DNA from: Planctomycetota bacterium
GTDB taxonomy: Bacteria; Planctomycetota; UBA8108; SXIK01
Direction of reading: 5' to 3'
Length of the DNA: 64,000 bases
NCBI GenBank assembly: GCA_965223845.1
Contig: CBDCXR010000004.1
Location: 672,001-736,000, forward strand
Shown here: positions 49,125-58,453 of the stretch, one piece after another
How positions within the stretch are numbered: position 1 is the stretch's first letter
Layout: each line of letters opens with the position of its first letter
Notes under the pieces: model-generated
What the model was told of the DNA's origin: nothing
Databases searched by the model: none
The model's input: the letters and a program-made list of their open reading frames with translations, nothing else
Made by a program: the position numbers and the translations under genes

Positions 49125-50018
49125 CTAGGCGGGTACGCAGTCCTCGGGTTCGTATTCAACCTCTTCGCGCGCGGCGCGAGGCGAGTCCGGCCCCTCGGTT
49201 GCGGGATCCTCGTCCGGTGAGGCGTCCGCGTTCACGGCCGGCGAGCTCGAGGGCTCGACGGCGAGGCGGCGGCCGTTTGGATCGAGGAACGAAGCGTTCC
49301 CGAGCTTCCAGTTCTGCAGCCGAAACTGAAGCGACGTCTTCAGGACACCGAGACCGTAACGCACGCTGCGGGCGAACGAGATCGAGCTCGAGTCGCCGTC
49401 GTAGAGCGTGGGACACGTGATTTCGGCGATCGCGAATCCGAAGTGGACGGCCTGCGTCAGCATCTGATTGTCGAAGACGAAGTCGTCCGAGTTCTCCTCG
49501 AGCGGAAGCTCTTCGAGGACTCGCCGCGAGAACGCTCGGTAGCCCGTGTGGTACTCCGATAGCTTGTGTCCGAGAAGAACGTTCTGAGCGAGCGTCAGGA
49601 ACCGGTTCGCGATGTACTTGTAGCGCGGCATGCCGCCGCGGAGCGCGCCCGTCCCGAGAATGCGCGAGCCGAGGGCGACGTCGTAGAGGCCGGATGAGAC
49701 CGCCGCGGCGAGTGCCGGAATCAGTCGCGGGGTGTACTGATAATCCGGGTGGAGCATCACGACGATGTCCGCGCCGCACGCGAGCGCTTCGCGGTAGCAC
49801 GACTTCTGGTTGGCGCCGTACCCGCGGTTCTCGGGATGAACGACGACGCGCGCGATTCCGACGTCGGCGGCCGCGACGGCCGTACCATCGCGACTCGCAT
49901 CGTCGACGAGAATGACGTCGTCCACGATCTCGCGCGGAATTTCCCGGTAGGTCTTCGCGAGCGTTGCCTCGGCGTTGTACGCGGGCATCACCACGCAAAC
50001 TCGTTTCCCGTTGATCAT
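49125..50018 (-). CDS. glycosyltransferase family 2 (polyprenol-phosphate glycosyltransferase-like)
   Basis: [39 protein letters not shown]. Confidence 0.9.
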   Translation of the reverse strand: MINGKRVCVVMPAYNAEATLAKTYREIPREIVDDVILVDDASRDGTAVAAADVGIARVVVHPENRGYGANQKSCYREALACGADIVVMLHPDYQYTPRLIPALAAAVSSGLYDVALGSRILGTGALRGGMPRYKYIANRFLTLAQNVLLGHKLSEYHTGYRAFSRRVLEELPLEENSDDFVFDNQMLTQAVHFGFAIAEITCPTLYDGDSSSISFARSVRYGLGVLKTSLQFRLQNWKLGNASFLDPNGRRLAVEPSSSPAVNADASPDEDPATEGPDSPRAAREEVEYEPEDCVPA

Positions 50019-50140
50019 CGCCTGTCCCGTGGCTCCGCGTGTCCGACTGAAGGCGGTCGGCGGATCCGCCGACGGAGGTCCGCCGATGTCTTTTTCGGAC
50101 GTTAGCCGCCGAATTCTTGACGGCGAGTCGCTCGCGCGGG

Positions 50141-51373
50141 CTACGCGTCGTCGTCGCCGAGAAGGCGGAACGATCCGCGCTCGACCGCTTCTCCGAGCCG
50201 GTCGATCACGGAGATCGACTCCGGCTCCGGATCTTTTTGAAGGGCGGAGGCGCGACTCGCGCAAAGGACCGCGATGGCGAGGAGAGGGACGACGAGAAAC
50301 GCGCCGACGAGGATCGCCCGCAGTCCGGCGACCGCACCGATCACCGGGCGCTCGCCGCGTCCGCCCGCCCTCGCGAGCGAGTCGAAGTCGTCCGTGCCGA
50401 GAAGGTCGCTCTCGTTCGGCCAATCCTCCTCGATCTCCGAGGGAGATTCGATTCGCGTTGGCGACGGCGGTGAAGTGGCCGTCGCCTTTCCCGTCGCGGG
50501 ATCAGCCGGCGCCGGAATCGGGGCCGGGGCCGGGGGGCGCCGCTCGCCTTCATCCGTTGTCGGGGGCGCCGCGCCGGGACGATTCGCTTTGCTTTCCGCG
50601 GCCGTGCCGAGCGGGGCGGTCTGTTCTTCCGTGAGGAAGCAGGTCTTGTTGGGATCCGCCGAAAGCTCGTGCTCGGCGAACGCCGAGAGTCGTTTCGGCT
50701 CGGAGCGCTGCTCCTCGACGTTCTGGATGAGGGCGGCGTCCTTCATCGCGCTCGCCGAACGCTGCGAAACGTCCGCGTTCGCGCGGAGGAGCTTCCCGGC
50801 CGGTGTGACGAAGAGGGTCTCGCTGCACGACGGGCAGTGGAGCCGGCTCATTTTCGTGACCGGACGAACGGAGAGCGGCGATCGGCAATGGAGGCACCGG
50901 AACACGATCTTGCGGGCCGCTCTCGCCGGAGCTGCGCTTCCGGCATCGCTGCCGGGAGCCGCATCGTCCGGCGCGTCGCCGCGCTCGCCTGGTTTGACGA
51001 GGCGCAGCTTCGAGGGCGCCGTCGGTTTCGCTGCTGCCGCGCCGGCTTGCTGCCGAGCCTGCTTCTTGATCGCGATCGTCTCCGGGGAGAAGAGCTCGAG
51101 CTCGTTCCCGGCCATGGGAAACTCGGACGAGGACGGCGCTACGCCGGTCTCCGGAGCTGCCGCGGCCTGCTGCTTGCGGAGGGCGATGGTCCCCTGCGAG
51201 AACAGCTCGAGGTCGTTCGCGCTCAGTGGATTCGACGTCGGTGGCGCACTCGCTGCCGCGGGTGGGCTGCTCCCACCGCAGGGTCCACAGAGGTACTGCT
51301 CGCCGGGCTCGAGCGGCTGGTCGGAGTCGACGTGGATCACGTCGCCGCATTCTTCGCAGTATCTCAGTTCCAT
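50141..51373 (-). CDS. hypothetical protein with two zinc-ribbon motifs, disordered linkers and C-terminal TM helix
   Basis: CEEC...CGPC and CLHC...CPSC pairs, Pro/Ala-rich linkers, hydrophobic segment near the C-terminus. Confidence 0.7.
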   Translation of the reverse strand: MELRYCEECGDVIHVDSDQPLEPGEQYLCGPCGGSSPPAAASAPPTSNPLSANDLELFSQGTIALRKQQAAAAPETGVAPSSSEFPMAGNELELFSPETIAIKKQARQQAGAAAAKPTAPSKLRLVKPGERGDAPDDAAPGSDAGSAAPARAARKIVFRCLHCRSPLSVRPVTKMSRLHCPSCSETLFVTPAGKLLRANADVSQRSASAMKDAALIQNVEEQRSEPKRLSAFAEHELSADPNKTCFLTEEQTAPLGTAAESKANRPGAAPPTTDEGERRPPAPAPIPAPADPATGKATATSPPSPTRIESPSEIEEDWPNESDLLGTDDFDSLARAGGRGERPVIGAVAGLRAILVGAFLVVPLLAIAVLCASRASALQKDPEPESISVIDRLGEAVERGSFRLLGDDDA

Positions 51374-51907
51374 CTACGCGCGGAGTCCCACGAGAATGAC
51401 TGTGCCGAGAAAGCCTCCCTCGAGGACGAGGAGGCTGACCGTCGTGACGTACCAGGACCGGGGCTTCGGTTGCGAGGCGAGGAAAACCGCGAGCCCGGCG
51501 CCGACGGAGAGCTCGAGCAGCGCGAGAACGGCGAGGCTGCCGATGTCTCCCGGCGACATGCTCCACCGCTCGACCCAGCCCGCGCCGATGCCGGCGATGA
51601 CGATGGCGATCACGCCGACGAGAACGATGTTCGTCGTGAACGCCGTGCGCCAAAGTCGCCGGACTTCGAACGGTCGGAGTCGCTGGGAGCCTGTCGCACC
51701 GATTCGCGGGCACACGATCGATCCGAGTACCCACGCGACGATGGCGAACTGAAGACACAGAACGGACGCGGCGTTCGCGAAGCGAAGCGGTCCGAAGATT
51801 CGCTCGAGAAGTGCCGCATCGGCCGTCACGTGATCGGTCGCGAGCGTCGCGAAGCCGTACGCACCGACAATCGCGGCGGTGTTCAAATAGAAGGAAGCGG
51901 TGCGCAT
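51374..51907 (-). CDS. hypothetical integral membrane protein (about 5 TM)
   Basis: Hydrophobic ORF whose stop abuts the ATG of the zinc-ribbon gene. Confidence 0.65.
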   Translation of the reverse strand: MRTASFYLNTAAIVGAYGFATLATDHVTADAALLERIFGPLRFANAASVLCLQFAIVAWVLGSIVCPRIGATGSQRLRPFEVRRLWRTAFTTNIVLVGVIAIVIAGIGAGWVERWSMSPGDIGSLAVLALLELSVGAGLAVFLASQPKPRSWYVTTVSLLVLEGGFLGTVILVGLRA

Positions 51908-52328
51908 CGACGTGAACCGTCGCGGTTTCGATTGAGTAAGTCGCGTCGAGTGGATTCGGCGCGCGAGCGAGTCTTGAACGCGCGCACTTTCCCCGTGAGG
52001 GCGGAGAAGTATACCCCTCGCTCCGACGACCGGCAAAAGCGCGGCTCGAGTTGTCAGCTCGTGCCGCGCGCCGTATACTCAGTTGGCTGTAAAGTTTTGT
52101 TTCGCTTGGTGTTAACCGGCGAATCTTGCGGCCGGACCTCTGGGCCGTGACGCCGTCTCCATCGGCGTTCGACCAGGGAACACGTTATCGGATCGCGTTC
52201 GACGCGAGGGGTGGTGCAGACCGCCGTTCGCAAAACTCGAAGCGACTCCGTACCTCGCCGCGACGGAGCGTATGGTCTTCGTCGCGCGCGCATCGCGAGC
52301 CGTTCGCGAGTTGACCATCCGCCATCGC

Positions 52329-53900
52329 ATGTTGGGGTGCCTGCTGACGATGCCCAATCCGAAGATCGGAGTCGACAGGTGGGCGGGGCGATCGGCCGAC
52401 GAGTGGCAGCGGATTCAATTCGCGCGGCTGCGTGAGTTCCTCTGTCATCAGGTGCTCCCGTTCAGTCCGTTCTACGAACAGCGGTTCCGGGACGCCGGCG
52501 TCGATCCGAAGTCGCTGAGCTCGCTCGATGATCTCCGCCAGCTTCCGTTCACGTCGAAGGACGACATCGCGCCGACGAGCGACGAGCCGCAGCGACCGCG
52601 CGAGCTCATTCTCCAGCCCACGCCCGAACGGATTCGAGAGGCGTGGCCGCTGACGAAGAAACTCGGACTCGCCGCGACGAAGCTCTTCCGAGGCGAGGCG
52701 GCGGTCCGCGCCCAACTCGAGCGCGAGTATCGCCCGGTGTCCGCGTTCTTCACGACCGGCCGTTCGGCTCTGCCGACGCTCTTCGCACTCACGAACTACG
52801 ATCTCGCGGTCCTCGAAGAGGTCGGGGCGCGCATCCAGGGCGTGATCGGGACGGATTCGCGGGACGACCGACTCGCAAACCTGTTCCCGTACGCGCCGCA
52901 TCTCGCGTTTTGGCAGGTGTACTACGTCGGCCTCGGTGGCAACACGTTCACGCTGAACACGGGCGGTGGGAAGGTGATGGGGACGGAGGGCATCCTCCAG
53001 GCTCTCCAGCGGATGCGACCGGCGTTCCTCGCCGGCATCCCGGGGTACGTCTACCACGTGCTTCGCGAGGCGCAGTCGCGGTCGCTCGACCTCAGCTTCG
53101 TGAAGGGGCTCGCGCTCGGCGGCGATCAGGTCACACCCGGCTACCGGACCCGCGTGAAGGAGATCCTGCGGGGGCTGGGTGCCGAGCAGGTGCGCGTGCA
53201 GAGCGTGCTCGGCTTCACTGAGGCGCGCAAGTGCTGGGCGGAGTGTTCGGGCGAAGCCGACTCGGGCTTTCATCTCTATCCGGATCTCGAGATCGTCGAG
53301 CTCATCGACCCGGATACCGAGAAGCCCGTCGGGGAAGGAGAAACGGGCGAGCTCGTCTACACGAGTCTCGTGGGCCGAGGCAGCTGCGTCCTCCGGTACC
53401 GTACCGGCGATCTCATCGTCGGCGGGATGACTTGGACCGAGTGCCCGCACTGCGGGAGACGAGTGCCGCGGCTCGCATCCCGTCTCGAGCGCGTGAGCAA
53501 CGTGAAGAACTTCCAGCTCTCGAAAGTGAAGGGAACGCTGGTCAACTTGAACGTGTTCAAGGACGAGCTCGACAACGACCCGCGGGTCGAGGAGTGGCAG
53601 CTCGTCATTCGGAAGCGCAACGACGATCCCTGCGATGTCGACGAAATGCTGCTCAACCTCGCGCTCCGAGACGACGTGGATTCCGGCGACTGCGACACGG
53701 TCGTCGGCGAGATCGAGAATCGACTCCTCCACGCTTCCGAAGTGAAGATCAACGCGACTCACGTCCTTCCGCTCAATCAAGTTCTCGAGCTCCTCGGCAT
53801 GGAGACCCAGCTCAAGGAGAAGCGCATCGTCGATCTTCGTGGCTCGGCGGGAGCCGAGGCGACCGCAGGCGCGGAGGCCACGACAGCGGTGAAGCCATGA
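52329..53900 (+). CDS. phenylacetate-CoA ligase (PaaK)-like adenylate-forming enzyme; start uncertain
   Basis: SPFY, DLRQLPFTSKDD, TTGRSALP P-loop, GFTE, EIVELIDPDT..PV.EGETGELVYTSL, RYRTGD. Confidence 0.82.
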   Translation: MLGCLLTMPNPKIGVDRWAGRSADEWQRIQFARLREFLCHQVLPFSPFYEQRFRDAGVDPKSLSSLDDLRQLPFTSKDDIAPTSDEPQRPRELILQPTPERIREAWPLTKKLGLAATKLFRGEAAVRAQLEREYRPVSAFFTTGRSALPTLFALTNYDLAVLEEVGARIQGVIGTDSRDDRLANLFPYAPHLAFWQVYYVGLGGNTFTLNTGGGKVMGTEGILQALQRMRPAFLAGIPGYVYHVLREAQSRSLDLSFVKGLALGGDQVTPGYRTRVKEILRGLGAEQVRVQSVLGFTEARKCWAECSGEADSGFHLYPDLEIVELIDPDTEKPVGEGETGELVYTSLVGRGSCVLRYRTGDLIVGGMTWTECPHCGRRVPRLASRLERVSNVKNFQLSKVKGTLVNLNVFKDELDNDPRVEEWQLVIRKRNDDPCDVDEMLLNLALRDDVDSGDCDTVVGEIENRLLHASEVKINATHVLPLNQVLELLGMETQLKEKRIVDLRGSAGAEATAGAEATTAVKP

Positions 53901-53979
53901 TCACTTCGCTGCGAGGGAACGCCACGATCGGATCGGTGGGCTGCCTCTCGCTGTGCATCTCCGCGGCGGAGGATTCGCC

Positions 53980-54885
53980 ATGACGCAGCAGGGCGGAACC
54001 TGTCTTGTTCTCGGTGGGGGCGGCGCACGCGGGCTTTCCCATCTCGGCGTGCTCGAGGTGCTCGATCGCGAGGGGATTCGCCTCGATTCGATCGTCGGGA
54101 CGAGCGCGGGCGCGGTCGTCGGAGCGGCGTATGCGCTAGAACCCGATGCGGCGACGATGTCGAAGCGGGCGCTCGCGTATTTCCGAGGCAAGGCGGCAAA
54201 GAGCACGGCGTTCAAGAAGGTCCTGCTCAAGACGGAAGATGCCGAGCGCAACTTCTTCGCGAATCTGATCTCGAGCATCCGGAAGAGCTACGTCTTCAGC
54301 GCGCTCCTCCGTCGACCGTCGATCTTTTCGACGAGTGCGCTCGAGGATGTGATCGCCGATCTCGTTCCCGACAAAGAGTTCTCCGATACCGAGATTCCGT
54401 TCGCCGTACCCGCGCTCGATATCCGCAGCGGCGAAGAGGTTCTCATCCGCGAAGGCTCGCTGCGGCGTGCCGTGCTCGCGAGCTGCTCGCTGCCGGGGTT
54501 CTTCCCGCCGGTCGAGTGGGATGATCAGCTTCTCGTCGACGCCGGGGTCATCGGCCCCGTCCCCGTGACGGCCGCGGCCTGTTTCGGTCCCGCCACGACG
54601 ATCGCCGTCGACATCTCATCGCGTCTCGAGAACGTCGCCGAGATCAAGCAGGGGCTCGACGCCATTCTTCGCGTCGAAGCGATCGCCTGCGGACGGCTCA
54701 ATGATCTCGAACTCGCGCAGGCGGATGTCGTGATTCGTCCGGTCGTCGGCGACAAGTACTGGTCCGATTTCAGCGGCCTCAGTGACGTGGTCCAGGCGGG
54801 CGGCCACGCGGCGGAGCTCCTGCTAGACCGCATCCGCGCGTGCGTCGGCTCGTGCCTCTCGGGGCGCGAGAGCGCGGCGCACTAG
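53980..54885 (+). CDS. patatin-like phospholipase
   Basis: LVLGGGGARG, GTSAG nucleophile, ASCSLPG, VDAG; GGAGG RBS. Confidence 0.9.
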   Translation: MTQQGGTCLVLGGGGARGLSHLGVLEVLDREGIRLDSIVGTSAGAVVGAAYALEPDAATMSKRALAYFRGKAAKSTAFKKVLLKTEDAERNFFANLISSIRKSYVFSALLRRPSIFSTSALEDVIADLVPDKEFSDTEIPFAVPALDIRSGEEVLIREGSLRRAVLASCSLPGFFPPVEWDDQLLVDAGVIGPVPVTAAACFGPATTIAVDISSRLENVAEIKQGLDAILRVEAIACGRLNDLELAQADVVIRPVVGDKYWSDFSGLSDVVQAGGHAAELLLDRIRACVGSCLSGRESAAH

Positions 54886-55086
54886 CCGCCGAACGACTCG
54901 GAGGAACCGCGACGCGCTCGCTCCGAGTCGATTGCGCCCATCGCGCGCGTGCTCGCGAAGCTGCGCCGGCGACGCGGTAGAATCCGGCGAGACGTCCGCG
55001 CTATGATTCCTCCGATTGGGTCGTCGGCCGCGTACGATCGGGGATGCGGACCGACGGTGGCTCGATGTCGACGGCAAGAGGTGAGC

Positions 55087-55722
55087 ATGTTTTTCGTCCT
55101 AGAGGGAGTCGACGGCTGCGGGAAGACGACTCAGGTTCGGCTGCTCGAAGAGCGGCTACGGACCGAACAAGGCGTCGAGGTCGTCTCCGTGCGCGAGCCC
55201 GGCGGCACGAAGCTCGGCGAAACGCTCCGCGGCCTCCTCCTCGAACCCGGCGACGAGGACCTCGCGCCCGAAACCGAGCTCTACCTCTTCATGGCGGCGC
55301 GCTCGCACCTCGTACGACAGAAGATCGCGCCCGCGCTCGCGCGCGGCGCGGTCGTGATTTCGGACCGATTCCTGTGGTCGTCCGCGGCCTACCAGGGAGA
55401 CGCCGCGTCGCTCGAGCCGGAAGACGTGCTCCGACTCGGCTCGCTCGCGGTGCGCGGTGCGCCGGTGACGCACACTCTGTGGCTCGATCTCGATCCCGAG
55501 GAGGCATTCGCGCGAACGGATCACGCGAAAGGAGACGGCGACGACCGCATGGAGCGGCGCGGCATCGAGTTTCAACGGCGCGTCCGCGAGACGTTTCGGC
55601 GACTCGCTGCTGCACCCACGCATCACGCCGGCAAAGTGACGGTCATCGACGCACGAGAGTCGATCGCCGAAGTTCACGAACGAATCGTCGCGGCGATCGA
55701 ACCGCACTTCGCGGCGCGTTGA
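55087..55722 (+). CDS. tmk: thymidylate (dTMP) kinase
   Basis: LEGVDGCGKTTQ, REPGGT, SDRF..SS.AYQG, DRME. Confidence 0.95.
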   Translation: MFFVLEGVDGCGKTTQVRLLEERLRTEQGVEVVSVREPGGTKLGETLRGLLLEPGDEDLAPETELYLFMAARSHLVRQKIAPALARGAVVISDRFLWSSAAYQGDAASLEPEDVLRLGSLAVRGAPVTHTLWLDLDPEEAFARTDHAKGDGDDRMERRGIEFQRRVRETFRRLAAAPTHHAGKVTVIDARESIAEVHERIVAAIEPHFAAR

Positions 55723-55763
55723 CCGAATGGTCATGCCGTTTCTCGCGTCCCTTTGAGGCTCCA

Positions 55764-56591
55764 GTGATCCGCGCGTCCACCGAGAGTGAGTTTCTTCCGT
55801 CGGCCGGCGGCCAGCCGCTGGCGCGAAGCTACTTCGAGCGCGCTTGCCGAACCGATCGGCTCGCGCACGCCTACTTGCTCTGGGGCGAGGACGGGAGCGG
55901 AAAGCGCGCGTTCGCCGAGGAGCTCGCGCAAGCGCTCCTCTGCGCGGACGGAGATCCCTGCGGTCAGTGTGCGTCGTGTCGAAGCATCGCGAACGGGAAC
56001 CATCCCTCGGTGCACGTGTTCGGACCGGCGGAGGGGAAGGTCGCGATCGACATCGATACCGTGCGTCGCCTCTCCGAACGGGTGCACCTGAAGGATCGAG
56101 AGCTGAAGGTGATCATCGTCGACCCGGCCGATTCGATGGGAGAGCCCGCGGCGAACGCGCTTCTCAAGACCCTCGAGGAGCCACCGCCCGAGACGCTCCT
56201 CATTCTGATCGCGCGGTCGACGGGAACGCTGCTCTCGACGATCGTCTCGCGCTGCCACCGCGTTCCGTTTCTTTCCGCCGCCGGCTCGGCTGAGCTCGCG
56301 AGTGACGGGCGTCGCATCGCGGCCGAGCTTCGGGAAACAGACTTCTTTGCGCGAAGCGATCCGAAGGTTTGGCTCTCGGATCGCTTCCCGGGAGCGGAGA
56401 CGACGAAGGAGGCGGTTCGGAGCGCCGTCGATCTTCTCATCGCCGGCGCGCGCGACGGACTCCTCGAGGAAGCGACGGTCGACGGTGCGCTCGAGGTCCT
56501 CAATGACCTGTTCGAGCTTCGCGCGGCGCTCGACGGGAACGTCCACGCCGATCTCGTGTTCGAGCGTCTGCTCGCTCGACTGCGTCGCTGA
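55764..56591 (+). CDS. holB: DNA polymerase III subunit delta' (short form); start uncertain
   Basis: HAYLLWG..GSGK, C...PCGQCASC zinc motif, NHP, AANALLKTLEEPP, TIVSRC; follows tmk. Confidence 0.85.
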   Translation: MIRASTESEFLPSAGGQPLARSYFERACRTDRLAHAYLLWGEDGSGKRAFAEELAQALLCADGDPCGQCASCRSIANGNHPSVHVFGPAEGKVAIDIDTVRRLSERVHLKDRELKVIIVDPADSMGEPAANALLKTLEEPPPETLLILIARSTGTLLSTIVSRCHRVPFLSAAGSAELASDGRRIAAELRETDFFARSDPKVWLSDRFPGAETTKEAVRSAVDLLIAGARDGLLEEATVDGALEVLNDLFELRAALDGNVHADLVFERLLARLRR

Positions 56592-56910
56592 TTCTCGCTC
56601 CCGCGCGCGAGACTCGTACCGCGCCCGGAGGCGGTGCCGCGGGGGTCGGTCGCGGCCCTCGCCGGGACTCACCACGCCGAGCCTCGGTGCCGGGGAGAGA
56701 CGCCACGATCGCTCCGGGTCCTCCGAATTCCGCTCAACCTTCCGGGCTCCACGTCCGAACCATCCGGAAGAGAGCTCTCCGCCCCGATCCCGCGCTGGAA
56801 GCGGTGGGACACGAGTGGGTCGAGGCCGGCCGGGGCGCCGGACTTTAGCTCTCGCCGGACCGCCCCGAGTCGGCGGACGAAACGCGGCAGGCGGTGAACG
56901 GATACGCGAG

Positions 56911-57342
56911 ATGACGGCGGCCGAAAAGTTCCAGAAGCTCCTCGCTTCGGACAAGCGCTACGACGCGGAGGCGTACAACTTCGTGTACGAAGCGCTCGAT
57001 TGGACGCTGAAGCACTGCGTCGGTGGGCACCGCGAGAACCAGCACGTCTCGGGGCCGGAGCTCCTCGCCGGTGCTCGCCAGTATGCGATCGAGCAGTTCG
57101 GCTGCCTCGCGCGCACCGTGCTCGAGAGCTGGGGCGTCCACTCGACCGCGGACTTCGGCGAGATCGTGTTCAATCTCGTCGACCACGACCTCATGGGGAA
57201 GCAAGACTCCGACGAGCGCGAAGACTTCCACGACGTGTATGACTTCTCCGAGGCGTTCGACGTGCAGCCGCACTTCCGCTACCGCGCGGAGAAGGACGAG
57301 TGGCAAGCGGCCTATGTGCCGCGTTCGGCCGTCCACGAGTAG
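56911..57342 (+). CDS. Planctomycetes/Verrucomicrobia conserved protein (TIGR04138 / Minf_1886-like)
   Basis: RY..EAY.FV.EAL, HVSG.ELL, QFG.LARTVL..WGV..T.DFGEIVFNLV, D..EDF. Confidence 0.8.
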   Translation: MTAAEKFQKLLASDKRYDAEAYNFVYEALDWTLKHCVGGHRENQHVSGPELLAGARQYAIEQFGCLARTVLESWGVHSTADFGEIVFNLVDHDLMGKQDSDEREDFHDVYDFSEAFDVQPHFRYRAEKDEWQAAYVPRSAVHE

Positions 57343-57628
57343 GTCGAGTCCGGCTACGCTCGCTGAACTCCAGGGATCGTGGTGGATTCCCGATCCCGAC
57401 GAAACGCTCGCTCCGTCGACTCGATCGCGAACGATGTGACGGACGTGCTGGTGCCGTCGATCTCACCGTTCCGCGTTTGAATCCGGTCGACCGACGCGGC
57501 GGAAGCGGTCGGCATCGCTTCGGCGCCGAGCGCGAGCCGATGAGTACGGCCTTGTAACTCCGCCGTGAAATGCGCATCGTGCCGACTGCGGACCTGCGCA
57601 ACTCGTCCCGTTCGGATTTCTCGCCCTC

Positions 57629-58429
57629 GTGGACGTCCCTCTTCTTCGGTTTCCTCGCCTCGGCCGCCTCGCGGCGATTCGCTGCGCCGTGTCGACGCGC
57701 CACGGCGGCGTCAGTCCGCCTCCGTTCGACTCTCTCAATCTCGGATTCTCGGTGGGAGACGATCCGGAGCGAGTCGCCGAGAATCGCCGTCGCTTCTTCG
57801 CGGCCGCGGAAACGTCCTCGGCGCGCGTCGTCGCTTGCCGGCAGACGCACGGCGCCCGCGTCGTGCGTGTCGGAACGGACGACTGCGGCCGCGGCGCGCT
57901 CGCCGCGGGCGACGCCATCCCCGATGCCGATGCGCTCCTCACGACCGTACCGGGGGTCGATCTCCTCGTCCAATCCGCCGACTGTCCGCTAGTTCTCCTC
58001 GCCGCGCCGCCGAAGGCGGGCGTGGCGGTGGCCCATTCGGGCTGGCGCGGCACGGCGGCGCGAATCGTCCCCGCGGCGGTCGACGAACTTTGCCGCGCGA
58101 CGGGGAGAGGCCCGGGCGATCTCGTCGCCGGGTTGGCGCCGGCGATCGGAGCTTGCTGCTACGACGTCGGAATCGATGTGGCCGACGCCGTGGGAGCTGG
58201 CGCGGCGTCGAGACGACCGAGCGCGCAACCTGGCGCCACCCGTCTCGCGCTGCGAGCGGTGATCGTGCAGCAGCTCACCGGTGCCGGGGTCCCGTGCGGT
58301 GCAATCGAAATCCTGTCGGGCTGTACGGCGTGTTCGGACGCCCCCTTCTACTCGCACCGCGCGAGCGGGGGAAAGACCGGCCGCTTTGGTCTCGTCGCGG
58401 GTCTCGCCGGAGACGGACGGCGGGTGTGA
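57629..58429 (+). CDS. pgeF: YfiH/PgeF family (polyphenol oxidase-like / purine nucleoside phosphorylase LACC1-like)
   Basis: STRHGGVS, SLNLG, QTHG, ADC.LV, AHSGWRG, CCY, CTAC, YSHR. Confidence 0.88.
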   Translation: MDVPLLRFPRLGRLAAIRCAVSTRHGGVSPPPFDSLNLGFSVGDDPERVAENRRRFFAAAETSSARVVACRQTHGARVVRVGTDDCGRGALAAGDAIPDADALLTTVPGVDLLVQSADCPLVLLAAPPKAGVAVAHSGWRGTAARIVPAAVDELCRATGRGPGDLVAGLAPAIGACCYDVGIDVADAVGAGAASRRPSAQPGATRLALRAVIVQQLTGAGVPCGAIEILSGCTACSDAPFYSHRASGGKTGRFGLVAGLAGDGRRV

Positions 58430-58453
58430 TGCGACGTCGACGTTCGCTCCCGT

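Noticed and set aside
48985-52000. tRNA-Val as the integration site of a genomic island
   Set aside because: No integrase, no duplicated tRNA 3' end and no compositional shift seen.
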